Shown here piece by piece: positions 39,950 to 53,085 of a DNA stretch of 64,000 nt. The notes below the pieces were generated by a model. The model had not been told where the DNA came from. It was given only the letters and a program-made list of their open reading frames with translations, and ran no database searches. The DNA is from Octopus sinensis. Its lineage: Eukaryota. The first letter of the stretch is position 1. Each line of letters begins with the position of its first letter. Both the position numbers and the translations under genes were made by a program. Location of the stretch: the NCBI RefSeq assembly GCF_006345805.1, contig NC_043005.1, positions 63,054,001 to 63,118,000 on the forward strand, in the 5' to 3' direction.

Positions 39950-40500
39950 ACGAGTATATTCTAACAAGTCACTTCTTAAATTTCGCACCTCTCTTGTTCA
40001 ATAAACATTGAGTTAAACTTGCAAAGCTGTTTATTTTTCCTTTCAATTTTAAATGTTTATTTTAGCAGGTTACCAAACTATTAGTTTAGTCTCCCAACTA
40101 AAACGGTAATGACAATCTTTTAAGTTTGCTTGACATTTTATAAGTGTGAAAGGGATTAAAAAATTTTGATACTCTGCATCAAAGGTTCCAAAAGAATAAG
40201 GCAGATAATCAGAGCTTGAGACAAGAAGATACTTTTGACCAGTAAGAATTCTGTTTACATAATCAGTTTGATCAGCCACCCTCCTCTGTCAGTTGAGTAA
40301 AGTGTCATCCAAGCTGATGTTTATTGGTAATTAAACCTATTTTGCAACACTTGTATGTATTTATCGGCTTTGGTTTTGTTGATAGGAATTATCAACAACT
40401 TTTGCTGTAATTGTGATTTGAGAAGACACACAGAAGTATGCTAAAGATTGGACATAATCTCTTGTGGGCAAGAAATGTAAAATACAGTTTATTATAAACA
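39950..40500 (+). mobile_element. Decayed PLE RT-thumb/GIY-YIG remnant
   Basis: DNLLSLLDIL (NNxLPFLD.L), LCIKGSKRIRQII (PYIKGxSEKIxRIL) and CNTCMY (C..C..xYIG) appear in the expected order. Confidence 0.45.
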
Positions 40501-41003
40501 ATGCAAATACTTCGTAATTTAATAGCTTTCAATGTGATAACTGTTAAACAGAAATTATTCTTAGTTGATGAATATTTAATAAAATCTAATCATAAGTAAG
40601 TGAAATTATGCTAAATACAATTAAATTGAAAAAAATTTCCCCATGGCCATATCGGCAATTCTGAAAACTTTTGGGTGCGAATTTTGCATGAGTAGAAGCT
40701 GTTTTTAACAATTATTATCCTGAAAATCACCTGTGTATATTACACAGGTGCACAAATTACATGGGTTTTTATTGTATACACCACTGAAAGGCATAATACT
40801 GTGGTTTTTGTCTCAAAGAATATTACTACTGTGATAGTATTCACCTCACTCCATTATATATTAAGTTTTTAAGGCAACCTGTCTATGAAGAGATTTTTCT
40901 CTCAGATAAAATCCTCAGCACCATGCCTTCCTATGATACAATTACATTAAACATGATACACAGATGATTGTTTCATCTACATAAAATTTATATGTATGTA
41001 ATA

Positions 41004-41359
41004 GGCGCAGGAGTGGCTGTGTGGTAAGTAGCTTGCTTACCAACCACATGGTTCCAGGTTCAGTCCCACTGTGTGGCATCTTGGGCAAGTGTCTTCTATT
41101 ATAGCCTTGGGCCGACCAATGGAAACTCAAAGAAGCCCGTCATATATATATATATATATGTGTGTGTGAGTGTGTTTGTGAATCTGTTTGTCCCCATAAC
41201 ATTGCTTGACAACTGATGCTGGTGTGTTTATGCAAAAGAGACTGATAGAATAAGTACTGGGCTTACAAAGAATAAGTCCCGAGGTCGATTTGCGCGACTA
41301 AAGGCAGTGCTCCAGCATGGCTGCAGTCAAATGATTGAAACGGTAAAAGAGTAAAAGAG
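41004..41359 (+). mobile_element. ~410-bp SINE with two internal deletions
   Basis: Lacks the GCCTTGTGAGTGGATTTGG and CCCGTAACTTAGCGG segments present in sister copies. Confidence 0.9.
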
Positions 41360-41699
41360 TATGTATGTCTTTTTGTAAATAGAGTTATGAGCTTTCATTG
41401 TGTATTGACTATAGAAAATAGATTAATATTAGGGGGTATAAAGCCCTTAACAGAAAAAAATGGGCAATGCCCATTTTTTGGATACCCTAATATCAGACTA
41501 TTTTCTATAGTCAATATACTATGCAAACTTATAATTCTATTTGCAAATTTTCATTCACCTTCATTTTCTAATTCATGTTTAATTCACACATGTTTATATA
41601 TATGCATTTTATGTTTAAAGGACAAATAACTATTGTTACCAAATTTCTCTTTACTTTGCAATATGCATCTGTGTGCTAACAAGTAATTTATCAATGAGA

Positions 41700-42530
41700 A
41701 GGGTAAAAGAAGTATTTGCAAATAGGCAATAATGGGGTTGAGTGTACAACACAAACAATGGAATGAATAGGAATATAGAACCACTAACCTCAAACTATAA
41801 TGAAACTAGATTCATCTTAAAGATTTTGAAAAATCAGATATTAACAAACGATCTGTTCAGAAATTTCTTGTCCTCAACTGACTCATATCTTTTGAGCACT
41901 CATCTTTTGATGAAATTTTATAGAATAGCAAGTGCTCCCTTAAATAAGTCATGAACTGAGTCTTGTTATGATGAACAACATTTAACATCTTAAATCACAG
42001 TTGTCAATGACCAAAAATGTTATCCAAATTGGACTAAACTTCAAGGTTTGATACAAAAGTCTTTCTTCCTTTCTCTTATGGTAAATAGCGAATAGAATTA
42101 AAGAATGTAAATTAAAAATCATTAGCTCATTCCAAAAAAAAAAGAAACAAATCTGTTTCTCTGTGGTGATATCATTACTACAGAATCTCTCATATATAAA
42201 CATACTTGTATCATCGTTTCTATTACCTTGGCTGATATTAATGAACTGTTTTGGAATAAACAGCATAACAATAGTCTAGTGCATTCACTTCTCGATTTTA
42301 TACCCTCATATATTTTTGAAGGTGTTGTTGAATATGTTGAAAGAAATAAGGCGAAAAGGAATTTGTGTGGTTTTATAATCATTTTGATTTGAACACCAAT
42401 TGTTGGTATCAAATCAATTCCACACTTTAATTCTTTAGCGCTGATAATAGCAGCTTCTTCTGTTATAAAATTTTTAACTTTCTTATTAACAGCCCACCTC
42501 CTAATGAGAAAGCAGAATAATCATGATGGC
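41700..42530 (-). mobile_element. Decayed PLE-like RT remnant (tentative)
   Basis: LFQNSSLISAKV (LVSFDV-like) and SPIWITFLVIDN (WxRYIDD-like). Confidence 0.35.
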
Positions 42531-42769
42531 AGACAATACAATAAATATTAGAAAAGTTAGTTAAAGTAAATTCTATGGAAGAATGATAATGCTGTGTGCA
42601 GGTGTTGTAGTTGCTTACTAATAGACATGCTCTACTTGATCATGGGAAGTCTGCAGTATAGAGAATGCTAATAATTGTGAAGACTCAAATCTAATTTCAA
42701 ACATATTTAGGAAAGCTATTAGTAAGAGTTCCATTTAAGAAGGGTGTCAAATAATCTCTCCAAAGCTCT

Positions 42770-43480
42770 TTACCACACGTCTTGAAATGGTCTACAGACA
42801 CAATGACTAGAAAAGGTGGTGTTAGCATCAGTGGAAACTGCTAATGCACTTCCAATTTGTTGATGATATTGTAGTTATCAAAGAAATCTCAGACTAATTG
42901 CATACCATGCTAACAAAGTTAGGCACCCAGTAAGTTTCGAAATAAACTACATTAAAACAAAATACATGTGGTCCAAAAACATAGCACATGACTGAATAAT
43001 GGTGGGAAGTAATCAAATTGAGATGGTTAAGGTAGTAAATATATGCAGGGACATAAATGCTGATATCATGCACAGAGTAAAAGTGTTTGCCTTGATTAAG
43101 TATATACTCAGAGCACAGCTAGACAAGACTCAGTGTGTCAATCATTTTAATATTACTGTTCTACCAGAACTCTTATATGCAAGTGAGACATGGGTTATAA
43201 CAGAAAAGGAAGACAGCAGCTGGTTAGGGCACAGAGAGTTGTAGAAAGATCCATGCTAAGAATATATTATAGGAGCAACTCTGAAATGAGATAGTTTGAT
43301 GATGCAGCAGAGAGAACATTATGAAATTCTGAAAGCACAAGCACAGACATATCACACGGCACACAAGAAATTAGTGGGCTAAGCAGTTAGTGAGTGGTAT
43401 CCAGGAGACCAGAAGAGACCACTCAGAAAACCTCCATCATGGTGGGAAAAGGATATACTTAAAACATTTGGACCCAGTTG
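42770..43480 (+). mobile_element. Decayed RTE/BovB-like LINE RT and C-terminus
   Basis: HFQFVDDIVVI (LRFADDIVL), LPELLYASETW and GRPP.WW-like C-terminal motif. Confidence 0.7.
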
Positions 43481-44444
43481 GAAGAGAAGCTCACAATCAA
43501 GGAAAGAACAGAAACACGTTTCAAGTAATACAGTGATGAACACCCAAAATTCAGAAGTGAAAAAGATTTGAAATTGAGTAGTGTATAAACAGGATATTGC
43601 TGCAATATTCACTTGACAGCTATCACAAATTTATTTAATAAATTATTTCAGAAGGTAAAGTTATGTTGAAGAAGATGCTTGAGTTAAAATCAAGAATGTT
43701 ATTGCTTTGACTTTGCATGAAAATTTACTTAATATTTTATAAACGTCAAAATTCAAGTTATTGATAAGCTTTTGTGAATGGCATTTTTCCTATGAACTTC
43801 ACCGTGTAAAACATCCCTTTTGGGGATAATTTCTAGTGCTTAAACAACAGCTGACTGACAAATTTTGACTCACATTAAATAAAGACAATTTAACATTTTT
43901 CTAACCACTGCTAGTGAGACTAATAATTACATTGCATTTGGGACGTCTGGAACAAATAATGTTAGAGGAGAACACAAAATTAAGAAATATGGCCAACTCC
44001 AAAATTGCTTTTGTAAAATGTATATGCCACAGCTTGGCTTTATACTGCTAACTATTCCTCATATCAGAATTAGTTGCTTTGTTGAGAAAATTTGCTCAGT
44101 AATGAATGATACATATAAATAATACCAAAAATTTTCTGCTTAGTCATGACTCATTGGTCTGAAGGAATAGCATAAGGATAGTTCTTTAGCAATGAGAAGA
44201 TCACAAAATAAATTTCATGTCAATTCTTAAAAAGGAAATGAATTACATAGTGTTCACTCAGAATGTTATGCTACAAGACGAAACCAATAAACTTTATTCT
44301 CATTTTGCTGGATGTTTGTATTACTTTATATTTCAAGTTTGTAAATATGGTTTTCTAAGCTTCAGTTTCTAACCACCACAGCAATTGTAAAACATTTTTT
44401 GGGTCCGGTTATCTAACAGTAATAGCAAGATTTAAAAGGCTACC

Positions 44445-44481
44445 TATATAACTGGTTCAATTTATAATTGACTTATCAATT
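44445..44481 (+). promoter_or_regulatory. Possible TATA box (TATATAA 44445-44451) and Inr-like TCAATT (44476-44481)
   Basis: Spacing of about 33 nt, located 30 nt upstream of the ATG at 44509. Chance matches are common at this AT content. Confidence 0.2.
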
Positions 44482-44508
44482 TTTAACCAATCTTGCTTTT
44501 TGATTATC

Positions 44509-45165
44509 ATGGCTTCTGCTCATTCCTACTTTGATTTAAAAAAGAACTTAAATGCAAGAGTGAGAAATCTAATATAATCACTTTAACTTAATCTTAAGTT
44601 ATGTACCTGATTTCTATTACTAAGCAACATAACAATGTATGAGTATCACAATGTCATGCCAAACAAAATCGAAATCCATTACATTTATTACTGGTTAGGG
44701 TTTTTGGTTTGGACTGTAAAATTCAGGATAGATTTCCAGTAGAGAATGTTCCACAGGAAAATCATGAAGCTAAACTCAGCAAATTAAGCTTAGAGAAAAG
44801 ACAACGGCTGATCAAACAATATCCTCTTGAATTTTTGAGTGAAATTATAAAGCAGACTGATCAAAGAACTAATAATAAAAGCAAATCTGCAAAAATGAAA
44901 TATGTAGAATACTTTGATCCAAATATTATTCATTTTGATACTGACCCAAGTTCACTGAAACCAACAGTCATTAATCAAGTAAAAAAAAAATGATGCAATG
45001 TGTGTGTAGTGGATAGCTCACCACTCAAATGTTTTCAATGGCATACAACATTGATAACAAAGTCTTGACATCAAACACAGCCAATCAGTAAGTGTCATTC
45101 AGTTTGCAGTTTTTACACAGACAGATCAAAGAACTTGTTCTGAAAATCAGCTTGCTGCCACATGA
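44509..45165 (+). CDS. Candidate compact 3-exon orphan ORF (exons 44509-44559, 44727-44978, 45121-45165; ~115 aa)
   Basis: ATG in tatcATGG context. Joins AGA|gtgaga, aattcag|GAT, CAA|gtaaaa and ttttacacag|ACA are all phase 0. Exon 2 is an 84-codon open frame of globular-like composition. Confidence 0.35.
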
Positions 45166-46074
45166 AATTTACCATCACAACTAGTCAACAAGTGCAGAGA
45201 AAAGACTACCATTTTCTGCCAGTTGAAATAGCTACTATTAACAGTATTTTGTAGTTTTTTTTTTTTGCTTTCTCAGCTTTCTTGTAATTTAAAAAGAGCA
45301 GATTTTTCTCTGCTTCAAAGAATATTGTAGTAATTCCATGTCGTTCCACATTATGGCCCTTCACATTCATTTTGACAAATACAAACGATGAAAAATGCTC
45401 TCACATATTGTGTTACAAAAACATTTTGACATGTACATGTTTCATGAAACACATCCTTGCATTCATTCATAATAACAATGGTATGCTACTGCCATGTTAA
45501 ATCATTGCTTGAAATTTATTCTATTTGTGTTAATTGCTTCACATAATTTTGTAATTATCAACATTTCCATATTTCTGGTAGGTGAACTTGTATGCAGACT
45601 CGTACAAGTTTGCCATTGTGTTATTAATTGATGCTGTCTTATTATGTGTTGTATTTTTGAATATCATTCGTTTTTGCCACAATTTATTGAAATTTTAACA
45701 AACCCAATTTTTTTTTTTATATAAAGACTTTAATATACTGATTTCTAACATTAACATAAAGTTTGGTAGAAGGATGTAAATTTAGTAAACTGAAAGATTT
45801 GCAGAATTGTGAGAAAGTTTGCCAAAATACTTGAAGTATAAATTCTGTTTATACTGCTGAATTTAACTAAAGTGATAATTATGGAGTGGAGGTCAATTTA
45901 ATATTTTTATAATTTGTCCTAAGTCTGAATGGAATAACTATAGAAAATACTTCAAAATATGAAAAACTAAGTCAGAATCAAAGACACATTTTTTTATACA
46001 TATATTAAAAATTGAACTCATGTTGCAAATGTCATAATGAAGTCCTATTTTACTTTAAATTATTTATCAAATAA

Positions 46075-46200
46075 TGGTTTCAAATTTTGGCAAAGGGTCA
46101 GCAGTTTTTGAGGGGTAGAAGGAAGTTGATTATGACACCAGTACTTTACTAGTACTTATTTTATTGACCCCAAAAAGACGAAAGGCATAGGCTTTATTAA
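46075..46200 (-). mobile_element. Short SINE remnant (19018 family)
   Basis: TGGTTTCAAATTTTGGCA...GTACTTATTTTATTGACCCC. Confidence 0.65.
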
Positions 46201-46485
46201 TTTGAACTTATTGGGGAGGACCATCTACTTATGCATATCTTCTAACATTTTTGCCCCACAAATGGTACTTTAGGCAAGTGTCTCCCACTATAGCTCTTGG
46301 GTCTTGTGAAAGAATCTGGTTTACATAAACAGAAATAAACCCATCATATATATATGTGTATGAGTGTGTGTATGTATGTATGTCTCTTCTGCATTTAATC
46401 ATTTAAACTCTTCCTCTGAAGAAAGGACTGGTTTCTAATAAAGATACAAAGCTCCATCTTCGGAATGTAGATAATGAAAATAATG

Positions 46486-47660
46486 TCACATTTTAAACCT
46501 GAGAAAAGTCTTGCATAGTTTTACTATTTCATGTATAGATTGTATCTGTAATGTGCAATTCAGATGGTTGATTTCTTTTTCTGAAAATCCAAGCCTATCT
46601 AGACTGACCATCAGGCATTTACTGACAAAACCAAGTGCTCCAAATATTATTGGTATAAACGCAAATTTGTAATCTGGATATATTGAACCTGGAGGCTTCA
46701 AAGCAGTTGTCCATAGTTATCTTCTTTCTTTTCAAAGAGAGGACAGCTGACCTCTATGACAGTACATACTTTTTCTTGTCTCTCCCAAACAACAATATAT
46801 GCTTGCACTTGACAGATGTTTTGATGAGAATATTTCACCAGTATTCCTTGTGCTGGTATTTGCATATGTATTCAATAAAAGAGGGATTCTCTATATTTAT
46901 TCATGGACGTTTTTCCAAATGGCATTGTATATTATTTTTGTGACAACGTCATATAACATAGGGAGGTAATACCTTCATGACATTTTGGGGTAACTACTAA
47001 TCACATGGGTGATATTTTCCACATAAATATGACATAGTCTACATTTACAGTTGCATCTTGAAAATCCAAGGACTTTACTGTCTCTTTTGTTGATTAGGTA
47101 TTTAGTAGCAATCTCTGTTCTTGGATTGCAAATGCATAGCCTTCAAAGTGTGATGTAGCAGTAACCAATCCAAGGGAAGCTTCACTTCATGTCAATGATA
47201 GTATCTTCTTCAAATCTATGAGAAACACACCCATGCATGGTATGTTTTTTGTATGTTGAGCAATTAACCTCCAGGTCTTCTTTGAGGTATACTACTCCAA
47301 CTGATTTGGGGTTGTATGGAAGGTTGTTGGCAGAGAGTGCTTCCTGAGGAGCTCACTTCCAACATGTAGGAGATTGTTTTCTTCACTTTTCAACACTCAG
47401 TTAATGTATTTATTTTTGCTGCTGTTGTTTAGCAAGTGCTGTCTGAGAGAGAGAGACTATGCAACATTTGAAGGCTGTCTGCACTGATCTCAAGACCCCT
47501 ATCTCGTCTATCTCAACTTAGGTAAAGCCTGTTGATATCACTGTTTTGTGAAGATTTGCAATTGATGTTAGAATCTTGCAGGTTTTAATGTCTGTAGAGT
47601 GGATTTCTTCTACAAACTAGTCAAATATCTCAACTGTTGGAATCAGCACTAGTACTGCAA
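46486..47660 (-). mobile_element. R4/Dong-like non-LTR element, restriction-like endonuclease end
   Basis: KEYWWNILIKTSVKCKH, KVCTVIEVSCP, YPDYKFAFIPIIFGALG...KLCKTFLRF: the RLE-domain C-terminus. Confidence 0.75.
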
Positions 47661-47689
47661 ATACATGGTGGGATATTGTAAGAGGAGAG

Positions 47690-48081
47690 TTTGCATGCCC
47701 GTGCCAGTGGCATGTAAAAAGCACCATCTGATCGTGGCTGTTGCCAGCCTTACCTGGCCCCCGTGCTGGTGGCACGTAAAAAGCACCATCCGATTGTGGC
47801 CGTTGCCAGCCTCGCCTGGCCTCCGTGCCGGTGGCATGTAAAAAGCACCATCCGATCATGGCCGTTTGCCAGCCTTGTCTGGCACCTGTGCCAGTGGCTC
47901 GTAAAAAGCACCCACTACACTCATTGAGTGGTTGGCATTAGGAAGGTCATCCAGCCATAGAAACATTGCCAGACCAGACTGGGCCTGGTGCAGCCTTCTG
48001 GCTTCCCAGACCCCAGTTGAACCATCCAACTCATACCAGTATGAAAAGCAGACGCTAAACGATGATGATGATGATGATGAT
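47690..48081 (+). mobile_element. Octopus SINE with expanded ~62-bp internal repeats and (GAT)n tail
   Basis: Three full units plus one partial GTGCCAGTGGCATGTAAAAAGCACC unit, then the standard core. Confidence 0.9.
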
Positions 48082-49766
48082 ATGTATGTGTATGTACATA
48101 TATAAATGTATGTATGCATGTTTGTGTGTTATTCTCTCCTTTCCTTGACTCCTTGACTTTGTGTGATAGTTGTAAATGTCAGTCTGAGACATATCTGTCA
48201 TGGGGAAACAATACCTTACCCAGAAACAGGTGTGGATTGGTGACAGGAAGGGCTTCCAGCTGTAGAATACCTGCCCCAATGAATTCCATTTGACCCATGC
48301 AAGCATAGAAAAAGTGGACATTAAACACTGATCATGATCACAATGAAATTTCCCAACAATACTCATATTATTGAATAGCATTGACTGACATGGAACAGAC
48401 CATTGATAGTTCACGTATAAATCAAACACTAACTGAAAGATTATAAACATTGTCAGTTTACAATTTTCCATATTTTTTTCACAAAGCAATTGTCTTGATT
48501 GTTTGCTTTCTTCACTTTTAGCATCTCTAATACAATTCCATTGATTGTACATTTCAATGGTTGCAATGACATATTGCAGCAAACACACTTCTTATTTGGA
48601 AAATTTTCAGTTCTCTTTTAAAAAAGTGCAGAAAAGCATCCATTCTAATTTCTCCAATAATTCCATTCTCGCTGAATTCTTTTTTTTTTTTTTTCAAAAC
48701 TAGAAATCTAAATAGTGACCTGCAGCTTGGAATTCACAATTCGATTTTAATTTTTGTGTAAAGATTTCTTTGTAGAAAGAGAGAAACCATTTCTGTTTCT
48801 CTTTTTCTTCAGTTTCATCATAATTTGATTGTCATCTCTTCTTTCTACTTATATTGACCAAATACAAAATAAAAAATAAGAACTGATGAATGGAATTCAA
48901 AAACTGAAATTTAAAAAAAAAATTTTGAACGATATGTCCTGTATTTAAAACATAATTAACAAAAAAAAAATGAAATGATGTTGAAAATTAACAAATTACT
49001 GCAAGAGAGAGGTTCACAAACTTAAAAAAATGATATTTCAAATCTTTTCTTTCCAAAATATTTAAAACATATAATTGCAAAGAATTGGGAAAAATGTGTA
49101 AAAGTTACAGCAGTTTAAGTAATCTTTGGCAGGCATAGGTAAATATTATTTTTAAAGTCTATTTTCTGAGATTGTATATGTATTTTTGTCAAAATTAAGC
49201 ATGCCATTTAAAGAATCTTGATTGGCACATATTGTTTCTGCTATTGTTGATATTAATTTTGTTGCTATTGCTACCTTTGCTTTTCTTGGGATTCCAGTTG
49301 CTGCAACAGCTGTCAATCAATGTTCTTTTTTTTCTTTTTGTATCTCCCTACTCACCTCTGAGAAAGTTAATTGAAATTAAATGCTTTGTCCCTGGGACCT
49401 TTTAGGACTGTGAAAATATTTGTTTTTTCATTCTCAACCAATCAACCTTCGACATGGTTGAATAACTAATCCCAACTAGTTAGGATCCACAATACAGGCT
49501 GTACTATTCATTTTTTTTTATCATTGAGTACAAATTTTCCTGGGTCACCATCTCACTCTTGTATGCCAATCCATCACAAGGTTACCCATTTACAGCTGAG
49601 TGGACTGGTGCAATAGGAAAGGAAGTGTTTTGCTCCAGAACATAATGCACCACCCTTTTTTCTGCAAGTGTGAGAGAGAGAGAGAGAGAGAGACAGTGTG
49701 TGTGTGAGTGCATGCGTGCGAATGCTTTTGTGTATGCCATAGATTCTGTGCAAGGTATGAATAGTT

Positions 49767-49959
49767 GAGAGGGAGTGCTGAAAAGTTCCTGGTTTTAAGG
49801 GTATTATGAAAGGCATGGTTGCAGGCCTAACCATCCAAGTTTTTTTTACATGGCTTAGAAAAACTGAAGGGCTGCTGCAATGAGTGAGTCTGAAAAGGAG
49901 AATATCTTGAATAAAATCATAATTAACTGATGATCTTGTATTTTTCAGCACTGTTCATA
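49767..49959. mobile_element. Mariner-derived MITE
   Basis: TIR-like GAGGGAGTGCTGAAAAGTTCC and TTTTCAGCAC; body derived from a transposase 3' end. Confidence 0.7.
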
Positions 49960-50447
49960 AATGCTTATATATATATATCAAATTTATTATTTTTATGGTG
50001 AATGTCTTTGTCTTTGCAAATGGACTGCATACGTAAGGATGTGTGTGCTTGTATGTATAGACATTAAAATTCAGTTACTTAATTTGTTTTTCGTATGGTA
50101 AGGATCAAACTACAATTTAATAACTCATGATTTTTCATTGTAATAGCTCAAAGAAAGAAGGAATAAAGCATTTGGCTGCAATGAATTATACTTCAAACAA
50201 TCATATGCAAAGCATATAAACTTACATATGCATGAAACACGTATATTTACCAACCTATAGGTCTACAATACTTTTTCTTCTAGGAGGGCATCGTAGTGAA
50301 GGCAGTCTAACATGTCCACCACAGTATCTGATTGACACTGCATTTATCAGCCAACTTTTTTCAAAATGCACATTCATGGTGGTATAGATCTGAAACATGC
50401 AGGTATGTGGCAAGATGTAAGCATATGGTGGTATGTGTCAATCAAGA

Positions 50448-50485
<38 letters not shown>

Positions 50486-50489
50486 AAAC

Positions 50490-50650
50490 AAGCTTCTTTT
50501 AGTTTCTGCCCTACAAATGCACTCACAAGGCTTTGGTCAGCCCAAGGCTATAGTAGATGACACTTGATCAAGGTGCCATGCAGTAGGACTGAACCCAGAA
50601 CTATGTTGTTAGGAAGTAAACTTCTTACCACGCAGTCACACCTACACCTA
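50490..50650 (-). mobile_element. 5' half of the ~410-bp SINE
   Basis: Reverse-complement tRNA head. Confidence 0.8.
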
Positions 50651-50664
50651 TAAAATAAGCATAA

Positions 50665-51300
50665 GTCGTCCCAGGGTAGGCAGCTTGTAAAGTAACTTAT
50701 GCTTATTACAATTTATATAAATCAAAACTTTGATACTGTTGTTTTTAATGTTGCTGCCATTACTGTTGCCATCTTCATAGCTGTTGATCTACTGTAACAT
50801 CACAGAGTACTAGGCCTTTAAATTTGCTTCTGCCACGTGTCTGATCATGAACATCTTTGATTCCAAGCAAGTCCTTAATTTCGTAAGTTTGTTGAATAGC
50901 CAAAAAGCCTTCTATGTGTACAAATATTTGTATCATTTATTATATATTTATTTTTTTGTTACTATTATATTTGTTTTATTTATTATATGTTTATTTTTTG
51001 TTACTATCTTTGTTTTTTCTCGTTTAATTTATTTTCTCACTCACCTCATTACTAATCCTTATTACTGTTTGGTCCTTTTTTTACTATTTGGACACTTTTC
51101 TTTGTGCTTGTCTTAGTCTGGACTTCATGTTTGCTCATTTATGCACCAGCTACTTTTTTCAAATGATATTACCAAACTGTGCAATATCACTACGGTATCA
51201 AAACTGAGATGGTTTTTAGTCAATAATTGATGAGGGACGATCATATCCTTTGTGTGTTTTTTCCTTTTTTCTGCATGTTCCTTCATTGCTCTCTTGTACC
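50665..51300 (+). mobile_element. PLE-end-like dispersed repeat remnant
   Basis: T-rich body followed by TTGATGAGGGACGATCATATCCT, a half hammerhead-like motif. Confidence 0.4.
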
Positions 51301-51371
51301 ACACTTTACAACATATTTTAGTGTGTGTATCATGTGTTAATATGACTGTGTGTATCTACTTGTCTTTCACT

Positions 51372-51690
<319 letters not shown>

Positions 51691-52288
51691 TTCATGCGCA
51701 ATTTTTGTAAACTTTGATGATGAAAGTAAAATTTTCATTGATTAACATTGCCAAAAATTCTGTTTAATGATGTATTGCTGACTACCTAATAATGATAGTT
51801 GGTTAAATTTTAAATATCCGCATCTGTTTATGAAGTTTAGATTATACAGCAAACTTTTCTTCAAGTATGAAATGAAATGTTATTGTATACTTTAACTGGT
51901 GCACAGTCAAAGTTTATGATCTCAGAATTATAATCCCTTTGATCGTCCATAGATTATATCATATCAGTAAATCTACAGACCATAGCAACTACATGAATTA
52001 TTTAATAGAAAAGTAGGAATTTAGTTCTGAAGTTTATTTCAATTAATAATCATTCTACTCTTTTTTGTTGTTTTTGTTGTTTAGCACCAAGTGTGCTCTG
52101 ATTGAACAAACCTATGATCAAAGGCATTCAAGTTGTGACAATTCCAGCCTTGTCTCTTTTTTTAATGTTTTTGCAGAAGCAGTTCAATCTGGACAACACT
52201 ATTTTATAAAAATATCCTTAAAGACAGCATGGTGTAGTTTAACAGAGATATGGGTGTTATTTCCAACATATAGAGTAACTATATAGAG

Positions 52289-52600
52289 CAGGGCTGGCCA
52301 ACCTGAGGCCTTCAGACTTTTAACTCCCGACCCATTTGATACTTCCTTGAAATGGATTTATGTAAACAAACAATTTAAAAATTTTATCAAAAATTAAAGC
52401 TTGAAATGAAAAGTTAAAAAGAAAGATACTACAGTTTTTGCAACGATAATGCTTCATGTTTAATAAGCGATCATTCATTCATTATTGTAATGATAGCATG
52501 AGAAAGCAAAATGTTTTTGATTCTGTTGTATACAGGTGGCCCTCAAAAAACTTTCTGTGATTAAAGTGGCCCACAATGTAATTTGAGTTAGCCAGGCCAG
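52289..52600. mobile_element. hAT MITE with 8-bp target-site duplication
   Basis: TIRs CAGGGCTGGCCAAC and GTTAGCCAGGCCAG. Flanks ATATAGAG (52281-52288) and ATACAGAG (52601-52608), 7/8 match. Confidence 0.85.
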
Positions 52601-53047
52601 ATACAGAGTTATTTTCATTGAATTGTACAACAATTTTCGGTTTTTCATTAGAGTTTGAGTCAGCCGAATATTTTTTATTTCACATCCTGTTAAATGTACT
52701 ACACAGAGTCTCAAGAAAAGATGCTTAATTTTCAATGGACCAGTTCGTCTGCTTCTAAATAGTTACCATTATAAGTTATAATTCATTGCTGGAGGTAGAG
52801 AACATTTTGGTCTGCACCAGCATTAAAAATTTAAAAAAAAAATTAAATCACAAATGTAGCCGATGGTGTGTGGTTAAGAAGTTTGTTTTTGACCACATGA
52901 TGCCAACTTTGGTCCAGCTGTATGTTATCTTGGACAAATGTCTTCATCTATACCTTCTGGCTGACCACCAGCCTGGGTGTGAAGTGAGCAGTTTGAAACT
53001 AAGTTGAAGACTGCCACACACACACACACACACACACACTCACATAT

Positions 53048-53082
<35 letters not shown>

Positions 53083-53085
<3 letters not shown>

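Noticed and set aside
40070-40279. Protein-looking minus ORF (ADQTDYVNRIL...)
   Set aside because: The opposite strand shows ordered PLE thumb/GIY-YIG motifs, so this is likely an antisense artefact.
45277-45490. SWIM-finger-like CTCFMKHIL downstream of the orphan ORF
   Set aside because: Lacks the third cysteine and is out of frame with the nearest acceptor.
48055-48588. Longest ORF in the track (177 aa, minus)
   Set aside because: It runs through a SINE and a microsatellite, and another frame resembles a decayed LINE RT segment. The open frame appears accidental.
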